Source: an uncultured Bacteroidales bacterium
GTDB lineage: Bacteria > Bacteroidota > Bacteroidia > Bacteroidales > Bacteroidaceae
NCBI GenBank assembly: GCA_902760965.1
Contig: CACWIN010000008.1
Location: forward strand, 9,454-73,453
Length of the DNA: 64,000 nt
Direction of reading: 5' to 3'
The position numbers were made by a program, and so were the translations under genes. The notes under the pieces are model-generated. The model was not told where the DNA came from and did not search any database. It saw nothing but the letters and a program-made list of their open reading frames with translations. This document shows, piece by piece, positions 8,936-18,900 of the stretch (within the stretch, counting starts at the first letter, position 1; each line of letters begins with the position of its first letter).

Positions 8936-11900
8936 TTATTCAAAAATCAGTTTAACGCCAAACTGCAGATACCAGCAGTTGGAGGTTGATTTTTTAGGTT
9001 CAAAGGCTTCGGTTATGAGGCCTTTGCTGTTTGTTGCCAGGTTGTACAAGGGGTTTCCGTTAGCGTTCTTTCCCACATATGTAAGGATCCTGCCGTCATT
9101 GCAGGCCGAAGGAGTCTGTGTTACACCCCACTTGTCATTCAAAAGGTTACCTATATTCATAACGTCAATTGACAGCTGCAAGGTTTCCTTGTTCTTTGAT
9201 GATTTGATCAGGCGTGCCAGATTAAAGTTCTGTGCTACATGCAGGTCAATACGGTTCACCCAAGGCATTTTGGCCTCGTTGGCACGGGCATACTGTCCCA
9301 GATGGGAGTTAAGATATGAATCCGAATTTACAAAATTGCGGAATGCCTCTCTCTGTTCCTTGGCAGTGTACAGCACGGTACCGTTTTTATCCTCAATATC
9401 GGCAAATTCTATATCCCAGATATTCGAAGGTATATATATCAGGTCATTTGTCACACCGTCGCCGTTCATGTCATTTGAGAACAGGTAGCTGTAATTGCCT
9501 GCCGACTGGCCCGAATAGAACAGACCAACCTCGGTGCTCATAAACTTATTTGACGCATAATCAATATGATAGGTGGCCGATGCCGTAACCTTATCGGGAA
9601 CCACATATGCCGAAGGTCTTAGAACAACCTCATTGGGAGTATTCACGTTTGGCAGATTAGCCCAGGTTGATTTAAGATCGGAACCGGTCATATCCGATAC
9701 CGACATTGAGGCCATGTGGATATATGAAACCTGAGTTTTAAGGTTGCGCAAAGGTTCGGCAGTCAGTGTAGCTGCTGCAGACCAGCTGTATCCCTTATCG
9801 GTATTGCTGATTACCATTGCACCACCCGACTTTGAAACCAATGGACTTACCACTTCCACGTCGTTATAATCGGCACGGTTGTCAAGCCCCTTAAAGGTGC
9901 TTACATTATCTATGTTGGTCTGGTTGTAGTTTTCTACGTAAACAGCATTGATATCCTTGTTGAATATACCCTCAACTGTAAGTGATGCAGGGAAACTCAA
10001 GCCCAGGTCCATATCGGCTGCAATTGAAAATTTGGCAACCTGAGGCAGTTTGAAATCGGGGTCTATACCTGTAATCGAAGCGCCCTTTAGAGTAGGATTT
10101 GGATTGGCGGTCATATTTACGCCCTGCGATGAAAGGTAATCCCTGAGTCCCTGCTCAGTGTAAATAAAGTTGTTCTGGAATCCGTCAAGTACGGCGCTGG
10201 AACCGTTGAACATTGCGGTATTCTGAAGCATACCGCTGCTGTTGGGCACGGTTGCAAAGAACACCAGCGGAATACGGCCTGTAAACAGACCTGCACCACC
10301 ACGGATCACATAACTGCCGTCACCGCTCATATCAAGGTTGAATCCTATTCTGGGTGACCACTGAATATTTGATTTTGGCCATATTCCGTTGTCAATTACG
10401 GGCGATGTATATCCATCGGGAGCAGGCACTGTCTCAAAGTGTTCCGTCCAGTCAATTGCCTTATAAGACTGATTGGTCTCCAGTTTTTCATAATACTGCA
10501 TAAGATCAGCTCTGATACCGTATGTAAGTGTGAATCTGTCCGTTATCCTAGTCTCAGACTGCACAAAAAGCGCTGTCTGTCCAAACGATGTCCTTGATGC
10601 CGGGTCATCAACTCCGTCATAAGCATAAGTCATGCCGAATGCCTCCGGAGTAGCCTGATTGATGAAATCATCGAGCGATGAATAACGGTAATAGCCGGTA
10701 CCGTACATCTTGTAGTTTGTAGCACCCTTCTGATACTGGTAGCTCATTCCAGCAGTAATTGTGCTGTGAGCCAGTGTCCAGCTGATATGGTCCATTACGC
10801 TGTATGTGCGCACATAGTTTCCTGTACCGTTCGTGAACAGTTCATAACCGGCGCTCATAAATGCATCACCGTCCTTACGGATATCAATGTGCGGGAACCA
10901 CGACGACTCCGAACCGCGCAGATTGCTTACGTCCGATACCGTAACAAGCAGTTTGTTGCTCAAGCGGCCGCTCAGACGGCTGTTCAGCTCGGCCACTCCT
11001 GACCATGCATTGTCATTGATGGTGTAGCAGTTGTTGCGGAAAGCATATCCGTTCTGTGAAATACGTTCCGATGCAGCTTTGGCGCCAACTGTACTCCTTG
11101 CATTTGGAGTGCTCCACTGCTTGTTGCCGGTCCAGTTATAACGCAGCATAAGATTGTGATTGGGAGATATGTTCCAGTCTATGCGTGCCAGCACCTTGGT
11201 GTTTGTCTGGTCGCCGTTTGTAAGGTCATAACCGCCGGCATCATAGCCGTAGGCCTTAAGCGCATCGCTAAAACGGTCCATGTCATCGGCCGTAACACGG
11301 CTTATCATTGCACCGGCATCGCCTACTCCGTCGGTTGAAAGTTTCCATTCGGTTATCACACCCGGAGTATTCTTGTATTCGGCATTTACAAAATAGAACA
11401 ACTTGTCTTTGAGTATGGGACCGCCAAGTGTCAGACCGTATGTAGTGTTGCTCTCTTTTGTCCTCTCGCCAAGGTCAGTTCCGTATACTGAGTTTCCACG
11501 GAGTTTCTCGTTTGTAAAATAGGTGTAAGCCGTGGCCTTGAATGTGTTGGTTCCTGATTTTGTAATGACGTTTATGCCGCCACCTGTAAAATTACTTTGA
11601 CGTACGTCATACGGAGCTATCGCCACCTGCATCTCCTCGACTGCATCAATTGAGATGGGTGTGCCTGCACCAGGAAGGTCGGAGCTCAAGCCAAAGCTGT
11701 TGTTCATTACGGCACCGTCAATGGTAAGAGCCGTGGTACGTCCGTCGCGTCCGGCCATGGTGTTGTTTGCTCCGTTGTATGGAGAGAGTCTGGTATAATC
11801 CAATAGGCTGCGGTTTACTGACGGCAGCATTGCTACATTCTCTTTTCCAATATTATAAGTCTGACCTGTACGTGTCTCTGTAAAATGGATGCTTCCGCCT

Positions 11901-12265
11901 CGGATAGTTACTTCGGGAATGTTGCTGGTATTCTCATCCAGCACCACATTTATATTATAATCCTTGCCAATAGACAGCATCACATTATCATACCCCTTGC
12001 TTGTGTAACCCACAAAGCTAACCATCACATTGTAATTACCAGGTTTTAGTCCTGATACTGAAAATACGCCGAATCTGTTTGTCACTGCACCGTAAAACGC
12101 TCCGTTGTCAGTGTTTTTTACCTGCACGGTTGCAGCCTCGACAGGATAGCCGTTGGAATCCTTGACCGATCCGCTTATGCTGGCTGTAGTATTCTGTGCC
12201 CATGCGCCTGCTGTAAACATCAGCAAGACAAACTGCATGAACAGAACCTTGAAGAGTCTGCCCAT
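8936..12265 (-). CDS. TonB-dependent receptor (carboxypeptidase-regulatory-like domain + plug + barrel), FMN-riboswitch controlled
   Basis: The ORF runs to 12382. The signal peptide MGRLFKVLFMQFVLLMFTAGAWAQ begins at the internal Met at 12265. A SGSVKDSNGYPVEAATVQV CarbopepD_reg-like domain follows, then plug and barrel blocks. The upstream 117 nt would be leader or expression platform. Confidence 0.8.
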   Translation of the reverse strand: MGRLFKVLFMQFVLLMFTAGAWAQNTTASISGSVKDSNGYPVEAATVQVKNTDNGAFYGAVTNRFGVFSVSGLKPGNYNVMVSFVGYTSKGYDNVMLSIGKDYNINVVLDENTSNIPEVTIRGGSIHFTETRTGQTYNIGKENVAMLPSVNRSLLDYTRLSPYNGANNTMAGRDGRTTALTIDGAVMNNSFGLSSDLPGAGTPISIDAVEEMQVAIAPYDVRQSNFTGGGINVITKSGTNTFKATAYTYFTNEKLRGNSVYGTDLGERTKESNTTYGLTLGGPILKDKLFYFVNAEYKNTPGVITEWKLSTDGVGDAGAMISRVTADDMDRFSDALKAYGYDAGGYDLTNGDQTNTKVLARIDWNISPNHNLMLRYNWTGNKQWSTPNARSTVGAKAASERISQNGYAFRNNCYTINDNAWSGVAELNSRLSGRLSNKLLVTVSDVSNLRGSESSWFPHIDIRKDGDAFMSAGYELFTNGTGNYVRTYSVMDHISWTLAHSTITAGMSYQYQKGATNYKMYGTGYYRYSSLDDFINQATPEAFGMTYAYDGVDDPASRTSFGQTALFVQSETRITDRFTLTYGIRADLMQYYEKLETNQSYKAIDWTEHFETVPAPDGYTSPVIDNGIWPKSNIQWSPRIGFNLDMSGDGSYVIRGGAGLFTGRIPLVFFATVPNSSGMLQNTAMFNGSSAVLDGFQNNFIYTEQGLRDYLSSQGVNMTANPNPTLKGASITGIDPDFKLPQVAKFSIAADMDLGLSFPASLTVEGIFNKDINAVYVENYNQTNIDNVSTFKGLDNRADYNDVEVVSPLVSKSGGAMVISNTDKGYSWSAAATLTAEPLRNLKTQVSYIHMASMSVSDMTGSDLKSTWANLPNVNTPNEVVLRPSAYVVPDKVTASATYHIDYASNKFMSTEVGLFYSGQSAGNYSYLFSNDMNGDGVTNDLIYIPSNIWDIEFADIEDKNGTVLYTAKEQREAFRNFVNSDSYLNSHLGQYARANEAKMPWVNRIDLHVAQNFNLARLIKSSKNKETLQLSIDVMNIGNLLNDKWGVTQTPSACNDGRILTYVGKNANGNPLYNLATNSKGLITEAFEPKKSTSNCWYLQFGVKLIFE

Positions 12266-12388
12266 TGACACACTGCCGGCGTTAGCCGAAATACCAAACT
12301 CACATGATTTCTCATTCATGCCCTTGGCATAAATGAGTTTTGCAGGCGCGATTACGCCTGACAGAACTGTTTTGATTTTCATAAATTT

Positions 12389-12491
12389 CTTCTCCCATCC
12401 AGACTATACTGTCGGTACCGTAGTTGCAACGGTTCGGCCTTTCGGCTCGCGGACTTTACCGCCGGTCGGGGAATTTCGCCCCACCCTGAAG
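12389..12491 (-). promoter_or_regulatory. FMN riboswitch (RFN element)
   Basis: The minus strand reads CUUCAGGGUGGGGCGAAAUUCCCCGACCGGCGGUAAAGUCCGCGAGCCGAAAGGCCGAACCGUUGCAACUACGGUACCGACAGUAUAGUCUGGAUGGGAGAAG. This matches the conserved RFN core (GGGUG.AAAUUCCC.ACCGGCGGUA..AGUCCGCGAGC...CCGACAGU.UAGUCUGGAUGGGAGAAG). The P1 helix is closed by CUUC/GAAG. Confidence 0.9.
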
Positions 12492-12581
12492 TTTTACGTC
12501 TGCAAATTTCCGCATTCTACGCGACTCTGCAAAGTATTTTCTGCTAAAAAAGATAAATGTTTTAGCCAGTTTCCTTTCTGT

Positions 12582-12614
12582 AAAAGAAAACCGCTCCTCA
12601 ATAACGAGAAGCGG
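12582..12614 (-). terminator. intrinsic terminator of def
   Basis: The minus strand reads CCGCTTCTC-GTTATT-GAGGAGCGG followed by TTTTCTTTT. It lies 24 nt past the def stop. Confidence 0.8.
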
Positions 12615-12637
12615 CTTATATATGTTCATTTGGTTAT

Positions 12638-13300
12638 TTACCACCAATCGGGACGAGTGTAGTCGAATTGTTTTAGTTCCTCCATCCAGGCTTGGTTTAC
12701 GAATACGGAATCGGCCTTATCTATATAGAGAATACCATCAAGATGGTCGCACTCATGCTGAAAAATGATTGCGGTATAGCCATTTACATGCTCTTTTTTG
12801 GTCTCGCCCGATTCCAGATCAGCGTATGAGATGATCACATCGGTCTTACGTGGTACAAATCCGGAGTAACCGGGCACAGACAGACAACCCTCACGTCCAT
12901 GAGTGGTTTCACCGTACAGGCTGTCCACACGGATGTTTACATAACACTCAAACGGTTCATCCTCCTTATCAAGGCGCTGCACCCAGATAATGCGCCTGTT
13001 TATACCCACCTGAGGAGCAGCAATCCCCACTCCATCCTGCGAAGGATCAGTAACGGTACGCAACATCTTAGCCATAAGAGTCTTAAGCTCTTCTGACTGC
13101 AACTGTCCTGCCTCAACATCAATACTAGGAGTACGCAACTGCACACTATCCTCAGGCAGAGTAGTCACGAACATCACAGAATCAGACAATGATATGATCA
13201 TCCTTTCTCTATCAGTCCATCCGCTCCCTGCACATGCCCCTAATACCATGCCGGCTCCCAAAACAAACGTCAATCTCAATCCGTACCTGCAATGTCTCAT
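12638..13300 (-). CDS. def: peptide deformylase
   Basis: All three PDF motifs are present: GIAAPQVG, EGCLSVPG and HECDHLDG. The longest ORF (220 aa) begins with a lipoprotein-like MRHCRYGLRLTFVLGAGMVLGAC. Internal Mets at 13201 or 13174 would give a canonical protein of about 185 aa. Confidence 0.85.
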   Translation of the reverse strand: MRHCRYGLRLTFVLGAGMVLGACAGSGWTDRERMIISLSDSVMFVTTLPEDSVQLRTPSIDVEAGQLQSEELKTLMAKMLRTVTDPSQDGVGIAAPQVGINRRIIWVQRLDKEDEPFECYVNIRVDSLYGETTHGREGCLSVPGYSGFVPRKTDVIISYADLESGETKKEHVNGYTAIIFQHECDHLDGILYIDKADSVFVNQAWMEELKQFDYTRPDWW

Positions 13301-13397
13301 ATTTGTCCGTTTTTTTGCAAATATACTGCAAATGTGGAATAAACTGTTTCTTATTAGCGTCCCTGCTGAAATAGTTCGACTGAATAAAATTCCCAGT

Positions 13398-13643
13398 GAG
13401 CAAAGGTTTTCTTTTGCACGGAGCCGGACTATGCCCTTGGGGGACCATCAGTGCAGTGGCGTAAGCGTAGCCCCATGGAGGATCCCGTTAAGAACGGCGC
13501 CTCGTTTAACGACCGTTAAGCCCCGAAGGGGATTAAAAGGGAGGCGTTCGCCGTTTAGGGTCCGGAAGGGAGGCGGAGTAGCCACGGAACGTTGCGTCCC
13601 CAAAGGGCATAGTCCGGCGGAGTGTAAAAGAAAACCGCTCCTC
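13398..13643. repeat. 246-bp GC-rich element bounded by 48-nt imperfect inverted repeats (MITE-like element or structured RNA)
   Basis: The left arm (13398-13445) and the reverse complement of the right arm (13596-13643) match at 39 of 48 positions, including a 15+6 bp near-perfect block CCGGACTATGCCCTT.GGGGAC. The 150-nt core is full of local hairpins (CCGTT-AAG-AACGG, CCCC-GAA-GGGG, CGCCTC...GAGGCG). Confidence 0.7.
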
Positions 13644-13658
13644 AATAACGAGAAGCGG
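13626..13658 (-). terminator. intrinsic terminator of aspS
   Basis: It has the same hairpin and T-tract as the def terminator and lies 8 nt past the aspS stop. Its 5' half overlaps the right arm of the inverted-repeat element. Confidence 0.8.
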
Positions 13659-13665
13659 CTTTTTC

Positions 13666-15423
13666 TTATGCTTTCAAGTCAACTTTGAGCTGGAGCTCAT
13701 CAAGCTGTGACTGGTCAAGAGGACCGGGAGCATCCAGCATAACGTCACGACCGGAGTTGTTCTTGGGGAAAGCAATGCAGTCGCGGATGCTGTCCAGGCC
13801 GGCAAAGATGCTAACAAAACGATCCAGACCGAATGCCAGACCACCATGAGGAGGTGCACCAAACTTGAAAGCATTCATCAGGAAACCAAACTTAGCCTGA
13901 GCCTGTTCAGGAGTAAAGCCCAGAATCTTGAATATGGTTGCCTGAAGTTTGCTGTCATGGATACGGATAGAGCCGCCGCCAACCTCAATGCCGTTAATGA
14001 CCATATCATAAGCATTGGCGCGAACGCTGGCAGGATCGGTATCAAGCAGAGGAACATCCTCGGGCTTGGGGCTTGTAAACGGATGGTGCATAGCCATAAG
14101 GCGGTTCTCTTCATCACTCCACTCGTACATTGGGAAGTCAATCACCCAAAGGCATTTGAACTGGTTCTTATTGCGAAGACCCAGCTCGTCGGCGACCTTA
14201 AGACGTAATTCGGATAGCTGTTTGCGGGTTTTCATTGCATCATCGCCGCTAAGAATCAGTATCAGGTCACCGGCCTCGGCATTCATGGCAGCCTTAAGCT
14301 GCTGCAGAACCTCCTGGCTGTAGAACTTGTCAACGCTTGATTTTACAGAACCGTCGGCCTCAACGCGGGCGTAAACCATACCCTTGGCACCTATCTGAGG
14401 ACGCTTAACATACTCGGTAAGAGCGTCAATCTGCTTGCGTGTATATGTAGCGGCACCTTTTGCGCAGATACCACCTATGTATGCGGCACCGTCAAATACA
14501 CCGAATCCATAGCCTTTGAGCACATCCATAAGCTCAACAAAGTGCATGTCAAAGCGCAGGTCAGGTTTGTCACTGCCGTAGTATTTCATTGCATCCTGCC
14601 ATGTCATACGCTGGAAGGGCTCCTTAAAGTCTATTCCAAGAATGCTCTTGAACAGGTGCTTTGCCATAGCCTCAAATATCTGCAGGATATCCTCCTGCTC
14701 CACAAATGACATCTCGCAGTCAATCTGTGTAAACTCAGGCTGACGGTCTGCACGCAAATCCTCGTCACGGAAGCACTTGGCTATCTGGAAATAACGGTCA
14801 AAACCTGATACCATAAGCAGCTGCTTAAGGATTTGGGGGCTCTGAGGCAGAGCATAGAACTGACCGGGATTCATGCGTGAAGGCACTACAAAGTCACGTG
14901 CGCCCTCTGGTGTTGAGTTGATAAGGATAGGTGTCTCAACCTCCATAAAGTTCAGGTCATCCAGGAACTTACGGATCTCCATAACCATCTTGTGGCGCAG
15001 TTCCAGGTTCTTGCGTACACACTGGCGGCGCAGGTCAAGATAGCGGTATTTCATACGCAGGTCATCACCGCCGTCGGTCTCATCCTCGATGGTAAACGGA
15101 GGCGTGTCGGCAGCGTTGATAACGTTCAGATTATCAACCAGTATCTCTATATCACCTGTAGCAATTTTGGAGTTCTTGCTGGAACGCTCGCTTACCTTTC
15201 CGGTCACCTGGATTACGTACTCGCGTCCCAGACGGCTGGCCTGCTCGCAAAGTGCGGCATTGGTAGCATCGTCAAATACCAGCTGGGTTATGCCGTAGCG
15301 GTCACGCAGGTCAACAAAGACCATACCACCCATTTTACGTACTCTCTGCACCCATCCTGCCAGTGTAACAACGGTTCCGGCATCGGTCAGGCGTAACTCT
15401 CCACAAGTTTTGCTTCTAAACAT
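13666..15423 (-). CDS. aspS: aspartate--tRNA ligase
   Basis: The ORF extends to 15645. The conserved N-terminus [44 protein letters not shown] starts at the Met at 15423. A TAAATTTG -7 box lies 27 nt upstream. Class II motifs are present ([22 protein letters not shown]). Confidence 0.92.
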   Translation of the reverse strand: MFRSKTCGELRLTDAGTVVTLAGWVQRVRKMGGMVFVDLRDRYGITQLVFDDATNAALCEQASRLGREYVIQVTGKVSERSSKNSKIATGDIEILVDNLNVINAADTPPFTIEDETDGGDDLRMKYRYLDLRRQCVRKNLELRHKMVMEIRKFLDDLNFMEVETPILINSTPEGARDFVVPSRMNPGQFYALPQSPQILKQLLMVSGFDRYFQIAKCFRDEDLRADRQPEFTQIDCEMSFVEQEDILQIFEAMAKHLFKSILGIDFKEPFQRMTWQDAMKYYGSDKPDLRFDMHFVELMDVLKGYGFGVFDGAAYIGGICAKGAATYTRKQIDALTEYVKRPQIGAKGMVYARVEADGSVKSSVDKFYSQEVLQQLKAAMNAEAGDLILILSGDDAMKTRKQLSELRLKVADELGLRNKNQFKCLWVIDFPMYEWSDEENRLMAMHHPFTSPKPEDVPLLDTDPASVRANAYDMVINGIEVGGGSIRIHDSKLQATIFKILGFTPEQAQAKFGFLMNAFKFGAPPHGGLAFGLDRFVSIFAGLDSIRDCIAFPKNNSGRDVMLDAPGPLDQSQLDELQLKVDLKA

Positions 15424-15449
15424 AAAAGTCAGTTTCTTAAAAAGACCTG

Positions 15450-15457
15450 CAAATTTA
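15450..15457 (-). promoter_or_regulatory. Bacteroides-type -7 promoter box for aspS
   Basis: TAAATTTG on the minus strand, 27 nt upstream of the ATG at 15423. Confidence 0.45.
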
Positions 15458-15556
15458 CCCTTTTGTTTGGTATTTGTGAATAATTGGGATAAAATTCCTA
15501 ACTTCGCACCATTGTAATTATAATAATTAAGGAATAACTCTAAATTTGATTTATAT

Positions 15557-15913
15557 ATGAACAAGAGTTTGATTCGTCTGATATTTGCCTTCTCGGCCGT
15601 TGCGTTGTTGTTTGCCGGCTGTAAAAAAGATGTTGACGAGGACAACCTGATTGGCCGATGGAGATGTGAAAACGACGGTTATTACTATACTTTCCTGGAT
15701 GATGGTTCCGGCCGATGCGCCGATTCAAGAGATCGCGGACTAAACTTTTCATGGGATCTTGACCGTGATAATCTTACAATCAACTATAGCTCCAATGGAG
15801 ATATCCCCAAACCGGGCCGTGAAGAGTGGATTATAAAGAAACTGACTTCGACATATATGGAAGCATACGAGGTTGGTCTTGCGGATATTACGTATAAATT
15901 TGAAAAGCAATGA
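15557..15913 (+). CDS. small lipoprotein (lipocalin-like)
   Basis: 118 aa with lipobox ALLFAGC and a GRWRCE...YYYTF motif. Its stop overlaps the start of the next gene (ATGA). Confidence 0.5.
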   Translation: MNKSLIRLIFAFSAVALLFAGCKKDVDEDNLIGRWRCENDGYYYTFLDDGSGRCADSRDRGLNFSWDLDRDNLTINYSSNGDIPKPGREEWIIKKLTSTYMEAYEVGLADITYKFEKQ

Positions 15914-18900
15914 ATCGCAAAGCTAAAAAAGCGCTCAAGATAACAGGAATAACCCTTGGCTCAATCTTGGGGCTCATTATCATAGCAGTTCTGCTTGTAT
16001 GCTGGACTGTATTCACACCTGGTAGACTTACAAAAGTTGCCAACAAGGCAATTGACAAATATGCTCCCTGCAAGGTGGATCTTGAACGGGTTGACCTTAC
16101 TCTTGTAAAGACATATCCGTTCCTGGCATTCCGCCTTAACGGACTGCTGGTATATGATGAAATGGAAACATCACCCAGCGATACCCTACTCTATATCAAG
16201 GAGTTCACCGTAACAACCAACCTTAAGGCGCTGCTCAAGGAAAAAAAGATTATCCTGACCAATATGCTGCTTGACAATGTGCAGGCAAACATGTTTGTCG
16301 ATGCCGCAGGCCACAGCAATATTGATTTCCTTACCAGTGGAGAGAAAAAGGAAAAGGAAACCGATGACAGCTCCGACCTGGATATTTACGCAGACCTGCA
16401 GAAAATTACGATTGACGACATAAATGCCAGTTACATAGACCTAAAGTCAGGAACAAAAGCCAATCTGAATAATCTGGGCATCAATCTTAAAGGCCTGCTA
16501 AATTATGACAGTCTTGATGCCAACATCAACGCAAAGATTGCTGGAGTCAAGGCATCAATCAAGAATGATTCGACCGATATTGACGCCAGACTCAATGACA
16601 TAAAGCTTAAGGGCACCCTTGCAAAACACAAGGATAACGTAACCTGCGGCATTACATTTGACCTTAAGAACACCAATGCATCGCTTGGTGAAATGAAAGC
16701 CGCCATCAATGACCTTAAGCTGGCCCTGAACAATCTTAGCTGCACATTGGGCAAAGAAGGTCTGGGTAATTTAAAGACAGACCTTAACCTAACTGTATCG
16801 GACATTAAATATGCCAATCAGGGCATGCAGGCCAATACAAACCATTTTTCGGTCAAGGCGGGCCAGGTTGCATTCAACGACAACAATCTTGATCTGAAAG
16901 GCTTGTCAATAGGTTCACGCGACATTGATTTTGAAATGAGCGACACAGTCGGTTCCAAGACCAGTGCCACAATTGACAATCTGCAGCTTGATGTAAACGG
17001 CAACCTTAAGACCGACATGTCGGTCATCAACACCAGTGTAAATACCAGCATTAACGGCATAGGTTTTAAAATTGACGGAGAATCACCAATGGCAATCTCG
17101 TCACCATCAATCAGTTTAAAGGCCGATGCCCTGATTGACAAGGACGATATTGCACTCACTCCTGAACTGTCAACCCCGTCAATCAACGTAAACATTGGCG
17201 GCGACGAGCTTGTACCCGACTGGTCATTAAGCCTATTTGCCCCTTTGACCACAAACAAGAGCTTTAACCGCTTTGACGTACTGAACGGCTCCAACCTTAA
17301 CGTTAACGGACAAAAGATTGGTTTTGCCGCAAACGGAACTCTTGGCGGTTCATCGGTCGTAAAGGGAAATGCATCGGTCAAGGCAAGCAATCTGGATATA
17401 GACAAGCTTGTTTCCATGATTCCTGACAAGTACAAGAACGTGCTTGACGGCATTGACGTTCATGGCATCCTTGGTTTGGATGTAAGCGTTAAAGGTGCTG
17501 TAAAACAGGACGGTATGCAGCTTGACAAGGCATCGGCCAACGTCTCTCTGGCCAGACTTGATGCCGGATTGAAAGACTCCATATTCGCCAATGCAAACAA
17601 GCTGACTGCAAAGGTGCAGTACCCCAGCCAGATTGCCGTTGACCCCAACCGCCAGACTGCCGATGTTTATCTCAATGCCGATGACCTTAAGTTGTCGCTC
17701 ATTGATTCTACAAACATTGATGCAGCATTGCGTGATTTTGCCTTTAGTGCATCGGTAGTTGGCCTGACAGACACCATAACCGAGATGAGTGCTCAGGCCG
17801 ACGTAGCGTTCTCGCATCTTGAGGCCACCATGGACACCATAAGCGGTTCTTTGGACAACACAAGCATAAGCGCCACAATGACCCCTGTTGACGGTACCGT
17901 TGCCTTTATGGCCCGTGCTGCATTTGACCAGCTTGAGGCTGCTATGGGTCAGAATATGGGTGCATCGCTCAGTTCTACATCGGTCGTTGCTATGGCTCAG
18001 TATGACCAGACTAAAGACGACATTCTGCTCAAGTGGAATCCAAACATAAAGTTTACGCTCGATGAAGGCTCGCTGGATATGCTTGAGGAGCCTGTTGAGA
18101 TTGACAATCTTGATGTGGACTTTACCCTGGGTCATTTCAATATCAATGACTGTCGCGTATCAATGGGCAACTCCGACATAATGTTCTGGGGTGACGTATA
18201 TAATATAGGTGCCTTTATTGAGAAAACCGGTTTGCTGACAGGCGAACTGTTCCTTGAGTCCGACCATGTTGACGTTACCCAGCTTATGGGTTGGTTCAGC
18301 GGCATGGGCAATGAGGAAACTCAGGAAGCCGTCCAGGAAGCTGCCGATAAGATTGAGGAGGGCGCCGACACCATTACAGCCAGCCCATTCATAGTTCCCA
18401 AGGGCATTGACCTGACACTCTATACCAACCTGGCCGAGATCAAGTACAACGACCACCTGTTCAACAATGTGGGTGGTGACGTGACAATCAAGGACGGTGT
18501 TGCAGTGCTCCAGGAGTTAGGTTTCTCGTCCGATGCAGCCGAGATGCAGCTCACTGCCATATACAAGACCCCCTCACCTCAGGATGACCCGTTCATTGAA
18601 CTTGATTTCCATCTGTTGGATATTGACATAAACGAACTTATCAGCCTTATACCATCGGTTGACTCAATCGTTCCTATGTTAAAGTCATTCAGCGGTCACG
18701 CCAATTTCCATCTGGCAGCCGAGACATATCTGGAGAACAATATGCCTATCATGTCTACCCTGCTTGGTGCAGCCGCCATTGAGGGTAAGGACCTTGTGGT
18801 GCTTGACGGTGATGTATTTAACGGCATTAAGCGCAAGCTTCTTATGAGCAAGAAAGCCGAGAACAAGATTGACAGCATTGACGTGGAGCTTCAGGTAATA

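Noticed and set aside
12266-12382. 39-codon N-terminal extension of the FMN-controlled TonB receptor ORF
   Set aside because: A clean signal peptide starts at the internal Met (12265), and an extension in front of it would block export. The region is more plausibly the riboswitch expression platform. The ATG at 12382 directly abuts the aptamer, so a regulatory uORF-like role cannot be excluded.
13398-13643. RNase P RNA, SRP (4.5S) RNA, cobalamin riboswitch or tmRNA as the identity of the GC-rich element
   Set aside because: There are superficial hits: AGUCCGGC resembles the RNase P P4 strand, GGUCCGGAAGGGAGG resembles SRP domain IV, and AGCCACGG resembles the B12 box. In each case the flanking conserved nucleotides, motif order and overall length do not fit those families. 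I left the element unassigned.
13194-13688. 164-aa plus-strand ORF and 65-78 aa minus-strand ORFs across the aspS-def spacer
   Set aside because: They run through the inverted-repeat element and both terminator hairpins. The shared KRKPLLNNEKRL peptide is just the translated terminator module. They show no coding signature.
13666-15645. 74-codon N-terminal extension of aspS (start at 15645)
   Set aside because: The extension is low-complexity and N/Y/K/L-rich, overlaps the divergent promoter region and lies upstream of an exact -7 box. The conserved AspRS N-terminus begins at 15423.
16818-18135. 211-aa and 261-aa minus-strand ORFs inside the AsmA/TamB-like gene
   Set aside because: These are antisense shadow ORFs within a long, well-supported plus-strand gene. 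Their composition is skewed (S/L/R/C-rich) and no motifs are present.
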